From assembly GCF_006345805.1 (NCBI RefSeq), contig NC_043005.1, positions 101,990,001 to 102,054,000 on the forward strand: a stretch of 64,000 bases of DNA, written 5' to 3'. A program made the translations under genes and the position numbers. Within the stretch, counting starts at the first letter, position 1. The number at the start of each line of letters is the position of its first letter. This document shows positions 1 through 10,849 of the stretch, one piece after another. The DNA comes from Octopus sinensis (lineage: Eukaryota). A model generated the notes under the pieces. That model searched no databases, had not been told where the DNA came from, and saw nothing but the letters and a program-made list of their open reading frames with translations.

Positions 1-1596
1 ATATTTTCAGAGATATAAATGGAATATTAATTTTGAAAGGTTACAAAAATATATATGCCCTAAAGGATTATTTGCTATATTCAATATTTGGTGTGACCGC
101 CCTTGCTTCCACTGAATGCATTAAGTCTTCTGGGTATAGAGTCGTCTAAATTTCCGCATATAACCGATTAAGTCGACCTCCATTCATCCTGAATGATGTC
201 TTTTTTTCTCCTCAATCTTCCTTTTCAAAATACCCTACAGATGTTCTATTGGGTTTAAATCAGGAGACATGGTATGCCAAGGCAGTACATTTACCTTTTT
301 ATCTGATAAAATCTTAATTGTCATCTTTGAAGTGTGTTTAGGGGCATTATTTTGTTGGAACATGGAATGTCTTCGTAGTTCCTTGCTCTTTTCAGCATTG
401 TTTTCTGAAATATCTCACAATAAAGCCTAGAATCCTTTGTCCTCTCAATAAATGTGAGTCCTCCCACACCAGCTGTACTCATGTATTGCCAAAGCATAAA
501 ACTTCTACCACCATGTTTCCCGGTAGGCACAGTGCATTTGTCGCTAGTATCTTCGCAATAATCGTTTAATACCATCTGTTCTAAACAAGTTGATTTTAGT
601 CTCATTAGAAAAAGGAATCTTATTCGAAAACCCCTTTCCCTTAGTCACATAAGTTTCGGCAAAAGAAAGACGATTTAATTCATGCCTGGTAGTGATGAAA
701 GGCTTCCTACGAGGAATGCGTCCATGAAAACCACACCGGTTCAAACTTCGGTGAACTGTTTAGCGGGATACACTCTTTCCACAAACAGGAGGCACTTCTT
801 GGGCCGAAAGAAGCGAGCTAGCAGATAAAGGTGGCGAGGTGGCAGAAACGTTAGCACGCCGGGCGAAATGCTCAGCAGTATTTCGTCTGCCGTTACGTTC
901 TGAGTTCAAATTCCGCCGAGGTCGGATTTGCCATTTATCGATTTCGGGGTCGATAAATTAAGTACCACTTACGCACTGGGGTCCATGTAATCGACTTAAT
1001 CCCTTTGTCTGTCCTTGTTTGTCCCCTCTATGTTTAGCCCCTTGTGGGCAATAAAGAAATAAGAAGGCACTTCTTGGGCCGGAGATGAAGTGGTACGTCG
1101 CTTGTCGTCCATCACGCAACGTTAAAGGTGGTGAATATCGCGCATTTAAAAGAGAAGATACGATCTGGACGATGGTTATTACTTTTCCGTCCTGTAGCTT
1201 TGTACTTCTGAATTACTTTGGCAACTGTGTTTACGCTAATATGTATTCGTTTGCTAATTATCTTGCATCCTAAACCATTCTTCTGCAAATTAAAAATAAA
1301 TTTCAAATCCTCAGACAATTGTTTTCCTTTTGGGGACTTTTTAATCAAAATGAAGACGATTTTCACCAAGGTACACAAATCAGAATTCCTGCAGATGCAA
1401 TAAGAATGACCGGTGCAAAAATTCCAGGAGAAATAATTTATTAGAATTGAAATTATCAGCAATATCTGAATTTTTAAAAAAAATTTGGAAAAATATTGAA
1501 TATAGGAAATTTCCTTAAGGGTGTACATATTTTTGTAACGCATGAAAATTAATATTTCGTTCATATCTGTTTCAAATTTTATAATGCTTGCATGTA
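1..1596 (-). mobile_element. Decayed Tc1-like DNA transposon, left TIR cut by the window edge
   Basis: Minus-strand fragments read as Tc1 transposase: HTH region (KQLSEDLK...ISVNTVAKVIQKYKATG), GFHGRIPRRKPF...FSNETKINLF, and HGGRSFMLW...GVGGLTFIE. Bases 1-87 are the reverse complement of ~1490-1575 (TIR). Frameshifts and a SINE insertion are present. Confidence 0.9.
807..1064 (+). mobile_element. tRNA-derived SINE family B, inserted in the Tc1 element
   Basis: Head GGTGGCGAGGTGGCAGAAACG with box-B-like GAGTTCAAATTC, tail AAAGAAATAAG. Identical 17-bp TSD AGGCACTTCTTGGGCCG at 790-806 and 1065-1081. Confidence 0.9.
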
Positions 1597-1658
1597 TATA
1601 CATATATATATATATATACATATACATATAAATATATATATACATATATATATATACG

Positions 1659-1690
<32 letters not shown>

Positions 1691-1706
1691 TATTTTTTTT
1701 TTATTT

Positions 1707-2177
1707 ATTTATTTTATAGAAGGAGCTTCTACAGGACTAGAACTGTTTCATTCAAATGAAATTATCAGGAAGCTTGGTGTCAAGAATAGTTTTGGCATTT
1801 ATACATTTAGGCAGATTTAAAGGGGGGACTTTTTGGGGGTAGGCATGGCGCAAACTGTCTTTCTTAGGGGAGTGATCAAAAGAATCAGTGATAAAGTAGA
1901 TAAATGAATATATATAAGCGATAGTCTTCTTATTTACCTAAAACTCTATTCTATTATTCTATTTATTCATTTATCTACTTTATCACTGATTCTTTTGACC
2001 ACTCCCCTAAGAACGACAGTTTGCGCCATGCCTACCCCAATAAAGTCCCCCACCACCACCCCTTTAAATCTGCCTAAATGTATAAATGCCAAAACTATTC
2101 TTGACACCAAGCTTCCTGATGATTTCATTTGAATGAAACAGTTCTAGTCCTGTAGAAGCTCCTTCTATAAAATAAAT
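1707..2177. mobile_element. Fold-back element (~205-bp arms, ~53-bp spacer) with hammerhead motifs; Penelope-like terminal-repeat derivative
   Basis: 1707-1910 is the near-exact reverse complement of 1964-2177; abuts a (TA)n array. Confidence 0.8.
2110..2160 (+). ncRNA. Minimal type I hammerhead ribozyme candidate
   Basis: AGCTTC-CTGATGA-tttcatttgaat-GAAACAG-ttctagtc-CTGTA-GAAGCT. Stem I 6 bp, stem III ACAG/CTGT, GUA cleavage triplet, weak stem II. The mirror copy at 1724-1774 (-) has CTGATAA. Confidence 0.7.
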
Positions 2178-2242
2178 TAATTTACTCTGCTATGTATTGA
2201 GTACCTTATTTACTGTGGTTAACCCCGACTCAACCCGGGACC

Positions 2243-2286
<44 letters not shown>

Positions 2287-2478
2287 TATATATATATATA
2301 TATATACTTTTATTCTTTTACTTGTTTTAGTAATTTGACTGCGGCCATGTGGAACACCACCTTGATATATATAATGATAGAAATGGTAAGACAACAAAAG
2401 AATGAAACAGAACTCGATATTATGTAAATACAGGAATTTATCTGGAAATATGATATGTGACAATTATTCGGCAGCCAT

Positions 2479-2536
2479 GATAAAACTCCGAGTTTCGGAT
2501 TTCGGGTTGGAAACCCACGCTATCTCTTCAGTTATC
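2479..2536 (-). ncRNA. Minimal type I hammerhead ribozyme candidate (family F)
   Basis: Minus strand: GATAA-CTGAAGA-gat..gggtt-tcc-aaccc..atcc-GAAAC-TCGGA-GTT-TTATC. Stem I GATAA/TTATC; near-palindromic stem III ACTCGGAGT. Confidence 0.65.
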
Positions 2537-3323
2537 CGGCCATCGAACAAATTTCGCTCCAACATCTGACACTCTTAGTTTTACTATGGCTACCGAATAA
2601 TTGGCACATATTATATTTACAGATACTCACACACACACACACATATATAGACATATATATACACACCCACGTACATACATACTCAAACACTCTGACATAC
2701 AAACACACAAACACATACACGCAGACACACATACATGCTTATGACCTCTGGTATGATTGCACGATACAGAAAAGATTGATATTGTAATAGACTAACATCT
2801 AAAATCACGAAAATCTCCTTGTTTGTTGATTGGCCGTTCGCATAGTTTCCCACACAAATGAGTGCCTCCTTATATGAAGCGATCTCGTGGTGTCATCGCA
2901 CACAAAAGAAAGCAATCAGTCAACTACAGCTGGTTTATATATTTGCCTCCTGGAGTTCTTGACCATACCAAACGAAATGACTTTTGTAGCAGTTTCTTAA
3001 TTTGACAGCTTATTTTAATATTTCATCAGTACTTTTAGTATGCGAACAAGACACGTAAATTACAAGCAATATTATTAGACAGTAAATTAAATATTATTAA
3101 AAGAATATGAAGAAAAGAAAATTTTTCTTGCGGAATTATTATGACTTGCAAGTGTCAACTTTAAAAATTAAAAATGAATCAATATGAGAAGGTAAATGTT
3201 ACCATGCACACTAGTATTACCGTAAGTCTAGTAATGTAGCGCAAAAAAGAATATGAGGAAAAGTTAAAAGTTTGATAAATCGGGGTGTTACTTCCTGCTC
3301 TTCCAAGCAAATCATGTTGAATT

Positions 3324-3781
3324 AGATCTTTTCGGTTTGACCGGCAGTTTTTAAAAATAATTTCCACGTAACTAAACACTTTTAAACTTTGTATACTGGT
3401 AGAATGTGTTTATAAAACATCTTTTACTCTTGCCTTTATAGAGAAAATTCTATAGTTTGTAAGATATTTGTTGTTGTTTTTCTTCAATTTCTGCAATTTC
3501 AACCAATCAATGACGTCTCTTGAGGTGAAAACATTCTGTGCCGCATGAACATGTCCCTCGTTTAAGAAACAGATTAGGTTTATTTACATTTCTGAACAAA
3601 AAAAGTTACCCTTCTCTCCACCCTTAACCCTAACCCTTACCATAACCCTAACTAACGCTAACTCTAACCCTAACCCTAAAACAGATTGAAATGCAATATA
3701 TCGATACTAGGGTCATAATTATGGGTGACAATTCCATATGACGCCGCTAGAAAAAAACTGCCGTTCAAACCGAAAGGGTCC
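3324..3781. mobile_element. Non-autonomous TIR element containing degenerate (TAACCC)n
   Basis: 29-bp imperfect inverted termini (3324-3352 and 3753-3781, core TTTCGGTTTGA.CGGCAGTTTTT). TAACCC-type units at 3621-3679. Confidence 0.65.
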
Positions 3782-4140
3782 TTGAATTTATTCAATCACT
3801 TGGAAAAAATATGTTGAGGAAGTCACTGAACTGTTTGTTGCTTCTCTTACGTGGTTTTGAAAAGGTTAATAAATAATCCGATATCCATAGCTTTCGAATT
3901 ATAGGTATGCCGATGTCTTCATTGGAAAATCTGGTACAACTGAAGAGAATCATATAAATTTAAAAGAATATGCACGATATCTATGAATGTCGGTTTCTTT
4001 AGAAACAATTATCTAAAAGTTTTATTTCAGAAGTAGAGAAACTATATGACTACAAATTAGCAATAAATCGCTGAGTTTGTTATTAAGAGCAGAAGTCACT
4101 AAAACTCCGAGAGAAAGATGTTACAAAATCTATTCACTCC

Positions 4141-4532
4141 CTTTTACTCTTTTACTTGCTTCAGTCATGTGAATGTCGCTATGCTGGAGCACCGCCTTTA
4201 ATCGAGCAAATCAACCTCAGGATTTATTCTTTGTAAGCCTGGTACTTATTCTATCGTTCTCTTTTGCCGAACCGCTAAGTTACGAGGACGCAAACACACC
4301 AGCATCGGTTGTCTAACGATGTTGTGGGACAAACACAGACTCACAAACATATACACACATACATATATACGACGGGCTTCTTTCCGTTTCCGTCTACCAA
4401 ATCCACTCACAAGGCTTTGGTCGGCTCGAGGCTATAGGATAAGACATTTGCCCAAGGTGCCATGCAGTGGGACTGAACCAGGAACCATGTTGATGGTGAG
4501 CAAGCTACTTACCACACAGCCACTCCTACGTC
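4141..4532 (-). mobile_element. tRNA-derived SINE family A
   Basis: Reverse complement of the family seen at 5469, 40443 and 59671: tRNA-like head, internal microsatellite, AAAAGAGT tail. Confidence 0.9.
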
Positions 4533-5468
4533 TAAAAGTTTAACTTAACAGTATGAACATCAAGTCATGTATTTAATTAGATGTGTGTGAATACACACAC
4601 ACACACACCACACACACACACACAACATTATGTGTATATGCATTTATGTAACATATGGCATAATATGAAATTTTTCAGGGTATTCAATTTTAACTATTTC
4701 TCTACAGACTGAAAAAATAATGAACAACCTTAATCGATTTTCAAAGCTTATTGGATTCTCATGAGATGCGTCTACATCATTCTGACAGTCTACACACCAT
4801 TCTGACGATCGGAAATCACACAGAAAAGTATAAGCTACATCAGATTTTTTACTTAATAATTTATTGAGTATTCCTGCTTCGCTGACAAACTTACTTCCGC
4901 AAAGAATGATTTCGTATATAATCCAATTACGGTTTATGTCAACGCTGCTGACCAATCTTCAAGACTTGGTTGTCTCTCAATGGGTGCACCTCTTAATTAT
5001 CCGTTTCATTCCATGAAAACATTTCACTAATACTGCCTATCGACAAGTAGTTCTTTTTTTTTATTTTTGGTCGTTTTTTATTTGATATTTTTATTTTCAC
5101 TTGATCAGGGAGTATGACGATGAGACTGAATAGTTTCTCAAAGAAAAGTTGTAAAAAGGAATAAAATATATTGAAGATTAGTGAGAAAATATTAAAGATG
5201 TGTACCTCATTCGCATGTGGTGAAAAATCGTGTTTACAAATGCAGATAAGAAAAAACGTGAGACAAGGATTGAACGGTACTGATCAGAAATAGCTTTTAC
5301 AAATGATAGAAGTCTACGAAGAACCTGAGTGTATGAATACTCAGGACATTTTGTATGTTAATAACGAGAGACTCAATATGAAACACATTAAGGAGTTAAC
5401 AAAAAATAGTGATGAAGAGAATACATCATATCTGGCTTTGCTTACTCGCTTTTGTGAAATAACTTACA

Positions 5469-5885
5469 GGCGCAGGAGTGGCTGTGTGGTAAGTAGCTTG
5501 CTTACCAACCACATGGTTCCGGGTTCAGTCCCACTACGTGGCATCTTGGGCAAGTGTCTTCTACAATAGCCTCGGGCCGACCAAAGCCTTGTGAGTGGAT
5601 TTGGTAGACGGAAACTGAAAGAAGCCCGTCGTATATATGTATATAAATATATACATATATATGTGTGTGTGCATGTTTGTGTGTCTGTGTTTGTCCCCCT
5701 AGCATTGCTTGACAACCGATGCTGGTGTGTTTACGTCGCCGTAACTTAGCGGTTCGGCAAAAGTGACCGATAGAATAAGTACTGGGCTTACAAAGAATAA
5801 GTCCCGGGGTCGATTTGCTCGACTAAAGGCGGTGCTCCAGCATGGCTGCAGTCAAAGAACTGAAACAAGTAAAAGAGTAAAAGAG
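5469..5885 (+). mobile_element. tRNA-derived SINE family A
   Basis: GGCGCAGGAGTGGCTGTGTGG head (box A), GGTTCAGTCCC (box B), internal (TA)/(TG) tract, tail AAAAGAGTAAAAGAG. Confidence 0.92.
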
Positions 5886-6473
5886 TTCATAACGATAAAC
5901 GGAGAACTACATAAATCTGGAACAAAAAACTAGAATTTATAGAAGTAGAGATCTGTCTAAAAGTACCGAGTTCTTATAGGAACAAATTAGAGGTTCATAA
6001 GAAAAACAGAAAAGCAGCTAACTTTTATGAGTTTCTATTATAAAATGAAATCATTGATGCCATATGTTTTTTTTTTGTTAGTTTTTTGGTTTGTTTCATA
6101 CTTTTAACTCCTTGCATAAACTTCAGAAAGTTTTTATGGATTGATTGAATTACATACAATTTTGTTTAAAGGAGTATTTTTCTATATAGCGTCGATATCT
6201 TTTGAGATTGAATTAAATATAATTGTGTTCAAAGGAAATTTTGTATTCTTTCATTCTTTTATTTGTTTCAGTCATTTGACTGCGGCCATGCTGGAGCACT
6301 AAAGAGCAATGTAAACACATTGTATTTTAAAGAAGCATTTCTTTCTTCCAATTACTAAAAGATGTTATCTGATAACAGAAGCAAGAAAAAATGTGTGAGC
6401 TCCACGTGATAAAGGAACGAAATAAAACTGCAAAATAAATGTCATTAACCGATGCACAGGTGTATACATAGGG

Positions 6474-6519
<46 letters not shown>

Positions 6520-6542
6520 ATATGTATATCTATATGTATATC

Positions 6543-6573
<31 letters not shown>

Positions 6574-6578
6574 ATATG

Positions 6579-6611
<33 letters not shown>

Positions 6612-6636
6612 GCATATACATACACACACACACACG

Positions 6637-6675
<39 letters not shown>

Positions 6676-7200
6676 TCATACTAGCACTCTGTCTGTTAAG
6701 GCAACGAGGGTTCAAGTTGATCCGATCAAGAGAACAGCCTACTCATGAAATTTACCTGCAAGTACCCGTAAGTAATTTAGGATAAGGTAGGGTATATAAA
6801 ACCAGTTGCACTAAAAAACCACCATAAAAATTACGATAAAGATAGAGACGAGCATCGCAATGAACATTTCCGAAACAGGATTACCTTTGATTTGAATACA
6901 TAGATAAGTAATACATATTTCAATACCAATTGATTTCACGCTTTGCATAACAAGCGTGCTTTGCTATCTTCAGTTGAAGACAGCATTTAACATCTATTAC
7001 TAAAATATACACTACGTTAGCTCTTGTGCATTCCTTACTTTAAACGTCTGGCTCCGTTTAAAAGAAACTATCGTAAAGAAGATAAATTTAAGTAAAGTCG
7101 TATTATTACCATTATTTACAGTAATAATAAGGTGGCTAGCAATTTCAGACATTTACAGGCACAATATAAAGTAATTTAAGACAATATAGGGTATGTAGGG

Positions 7201-7257
<57 letters not shown>

Positions 7258-7262
<5 letters not shown>

Positions 7263-7470
7263 TAATCAAAACAAGAAAGCACAAAAAACACAACAACGCG
7301 AGGACGTGGAACAAATATAGTATTATTGGACGCTCAGGAAAGAAGGAAAGAAGGAGGGTTTAAAGTTTCGAGCGGAGCTCTTCGTCGGAAGCATAGGAGA
7401 AGGAAAGATCCTGAGAAGGGAAGACAGAGGGAAAAAAATCGTCAACGGTACACACGAGGTCACAATATAT
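7258..7470 (-). mobile_element. (TA)n-associated repeat (family H) with degenerate hammerhead motif
   Basis: Second copy at ~17905-18100 in the opposite orientation. Minus strand reads CCGACGA-agagc-tcc-gctc-GAAAC-TTT-AAAC. Confidence 0.7.
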
Positions 7471-7479
7471 ATATTAACA

Positions 7480-7770
7480 AACACGCAATAAGTCGAAGCA
7501 GGGGCAGCTGAAGAAGGGGGATGTTTCTTGTGTTGTATGTCTTGTACTCTGTTTTTTCGTTGTTTGAAAAAGTCCGTTTCCATGTTTTGTTTTTATATTT
7601 TCATTTCTCGTTGTGTTCTACGTTCTTTTTTGGTGGTGTCCTGTACCCATATATGCATGTATATATACATATAGATGTAGTTATATACATATATGTATGT
7701 ATGTATGCATATGTTATATTTATTATATTGTTATTATATGATCGAACGCCACGCCACCTCTTCCAAGTAA
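7480..7770 (+). repeat. Unclassified interspersed repeat (family B2)
   Basis: Homologous reverse-complement copy at 43323-43660; related sequence near 52620-52760. Confidence 0.7.
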
Positions 7771-7903
7771 GTTATATATATATATATTATATTTATATAT
7801 ATACACTTTATTCATAAATCTGCAAAAGCACCACAAAGTCTGTTAGTCAGAGTTTCATGTTCCCGTTCGTTGGAGAGTTTTGGTTGAGATTATCAACCAA
7901 AGA

Positions 7904-8156
7904 TATGAATATTTTAGACGGGGAAAAGTTACAGTTTACAAGGAATAAAATTCACAGTTTATAAGGAAGAAAATAGAGGAATAAAGTTGTAACATAGAAG
8001 AATATAGAGTAAAAGTAGTTAGAAGATCTGACTATATTCTTGTACTTTTACTCGTTATTCTTCTATTTTATTACGTATTTATTCTATTTTATTCCTTATA
8101 ATATGTGAATTTTATTTCTTGTAAACTATAAATTTTCTCCGTCTAAAATATTCATA
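7904..8156. repeat. AT-rich fold-back (imperfect inverted repeat)
   Basis: TATGAATATTTTAGACGG... (7904) mirrors ...CCGTCTAAAATATTCATA (8156). A degenerate hammerhead motif lies just left (7838-7880, -). Confidence 0.7.
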
Positions 8157-8304
8157 CCTTGACTCTGATGACGGAATATCCAGTGCACGGACATGTTAAC
8201 CAACAACTTGGGTTATCCAAGAAGCAGCTGTAAGATTTCAAATTCAACGAAAAAATTATTCTAAATGACTTGAGATACGCCTCAATATATATATATATGT
8301 ATAT

Positions 8305-8760
8305 ATAGGGAGTGGACAAAATAATTGAAATACCTAACATCATGACATCGTATTTTGAAATATCTATAAAACCGTCAAAAGCTTGTTTTTTATGTTTTTT
8401 TTTTATTTATTATCAGTGTTGCATAATATGTTTTGCTAAAATTGCTGTTTATTTTCATATATCATAAGAAAAAGGTAATTAAAATTAATTAAAATGACAG
8501 ATCTATCGAACCTTCAAAGAGGTCACATTGTTGGTCCGCGTATGGCAGGTGCTAGCTTAACGAAAATAGCGAAAATGTTTGGTGTATCAAGAAGTAATGA
8601 CAGCCTTTGAGAAAGAGGGAAACAATCTCCACGACGAAACAAAATTCCGGAAGTAAACCAAAATTTTCAGATAGGCACCGTCGGATTCTTATGTGAATTC
8701 TTAGAAAGGATCACAGAAGTAGAGCTCCTAAAATTACTGCAGAGCATAATGACCACTCTT
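8305..8760 (+). mobile_element. 5' fragment of a second Tc1-like transposon
   Basis: TIR-like start TAGGGGAGTGGACAAAATAATTGAAATACC. From 8494: MTDLSNLQRGHIVGPRMAGASLTKIAKMFGVSRS, then frameshifted MTAFEKEE...SGSKPKFSDRHRR. Confidence 0.85.
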
Positions 8761-10239
8761 TAGCATCTATATAATAATCTGCTTGTTTATTCACCCGCGA
8801 TATATTATCTAGTTAGAGTATGGATGTGGAGCGAGTGAGAAGATGGGTAAGATAGAAAGAGAGAGAAAGAGAAAGAGAGGAATGAAGACAGAAGAGAGGA
8901 AGAAGTGGAAAAAGCTGATTAATATTAATATACTTAAGCTAAATAGTCACGTGGTCAGCTAAAGGTACAGGCGAGGAACGAGTTAAAAAGACGGCGAGAG
9001 AAAAAGAGGGAGAGAGAAGTGTAAACAACGTGCGGTGCGGTGATTGGAGGATTAATTATTACGTGCTTTAAAAATAAGCTGAAGGGAAAGACAAATAGAG
9101 AGAGAGAGATGACATGGGGAGGCAGATATGTTGAGAGAGCGAGAAAGGGAGAGAGATAGGCAAAGAGCGGTGGTGTTGATGTTGGTGATGGTGGTGTGTT
9201 GATATTAAAATGTATTTTTTGAAACTAATTTTATTCATGGCGACCATCGCATAAGCATAAGTCCAATTATTTATCGTCTGCTCGCTTAAAAAATTGATAT
9301 TTATATTTATAAGTGTTAATTTAGCCGAAACGATGGATTCACAAAAAACACGGTTGAAGGCTGCCCGTGAAAGGATGTGTAGATATAGAGCACTTACCAG
9401 AGAGAAAAATCGAGAAGATATAATAAAAAGAGGTAAAAGACAACACCGACAGAAACGCTGCGAAATAAATATAGAATATTAAAAGAAATATTTAAAAACA
9501 GCTAAACTATAAATGCTATAAAAATGCAAATCATCCCTTGTTTCTTAAATTAGGTTCTCTTAATTTTTTTCATTCCGTTCAATTTACACGGTCCCACCCG
9601 TAATAATTATTTGTTAATGTTGTGTAACAAAGATAAATTCATGTGTTCTCATGAATAATGAGATTAGACTTCTGACGACCCACATACCCTGGCTTAATAT
9701 AAAAACTCCATAATATTTTCATAGTCAATAATTAACTGAGATGGAAGTGCATGTGTGTCCCATATACATATTGTTCTCGAAGGAGCTGCAATTTGCTTTC
9801 GACAGAAATATTGATCTGTCGAGACAAGTGTAATGGTAATTCGCTACACTTATTGCATACGTCATCAGAACAACTGTTATCGCTACTGGCTTAGATACAA
9901 ATGCTGGCTGTTTGAAGTCTAAACGAATATTTATGATAATTTTGCTGACGCCTACGAAGCATATTTATATTATTCATTAAAAAGCTCATTGTAATTAAGC
10001 TAATAGTAACATTAATATCTCTGCGTTTTTTTCCTTTTCTTCTTTTTTTGTTTGGGATTCTCACTCTTGAAATTGACCAAAATATTCTGCATCGATTGGC
10101 CTGTCCTCAGGGTGAACCTGCAGGACAGAAAAAAACTCAACTGTACACAGCAATGAGGGCAATTGAAGATTTATATCACCCTATTGGACCTACTTTCTTC
10201 AACTCACATCTTCATTGTTTTTAATTTTTATTGCTGTTG

Positions 10240-10244
10240 TGGTT

Positions 10245-10286
<42 letters not shown>

Positions 10287-10572
10287 CTTCCTCTTCTTCT
10301 TCTTCTTCTTCTTCTTCTTCTTCTTCTTCTCCTCCTCCTCCTCCTCCTTCTTCTTCTTTATTGTCTTTGCACAGCTTCTAACGCTGGAGACGTACTACGG
10401 TGACAGCTGTTCACCACCAGTGAACTTAGGCAATACCCCATATTTTTTGAGCATCATCCGGAGTATTCGAGTGGTACCAAGCAGTGCTGTTTTCTGCAAG
10501 TGCTTCTCACTTACTGAAGTCCCTATTTGTTCTATATACTTCTCAAGCTTTTTGCTCACTGTTCCCATCAAG
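10240..10572 (-). mobile_element. 3' end and trinucleotide tail of an R4/Dong-like LINE
   Basis: GTVSKKLEKYIEQIGTSVSEKHLQKTALLGTTRILR is the typical C-terminus of restriction-like-endonuclease LINEs; followed by an (AAG)n/(AAC)n tail. Confidence 0.8.
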
Positions 10573-10609
10573 TGACGTTGCGGAGACAAACACACACACA
10601 TACACACAC

Positions 10610-10647
<38 letters not shown>

Positions 10648-10846
10648 AACACTCCCACGCACACATACACACACATATCTATACGATGGGCTTCTTTCAG
10701 TTTCCGTGTAACAAATCCACTCAAAAGGCTTTGGTCAGCCCGAGGCTATGGTAGAAGATACTTGCCCAAGGTGCCATGCAGTGAGACTGAACCCGGAAGC
10801 ATGTGGTTCGTAAGCAAGCTACTCACCACACAGCTACCTCTGTGCC
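10573..10846 (-). mobile_element. SINE family A, 5' half only
   Basis: Head and (GT)n tract are present; the 3' half is replaced by the LINE 3' end. Confidence 0.85.
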
Positions 10847-10849
10847 AAT

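Noticed and set aside
3621-3679. Telomere or chromosome-fusion site
   Set aside because: Short, degenerate and internal to a TIR element.
8765-9950. Possible Helitron 5' end and Rep N-terminus (TRLKAARERMCRYRA)
   Set aside because: Only vague low-complexity resemblance; no conserved Rep or helicase motifs and no 3' terminus found.
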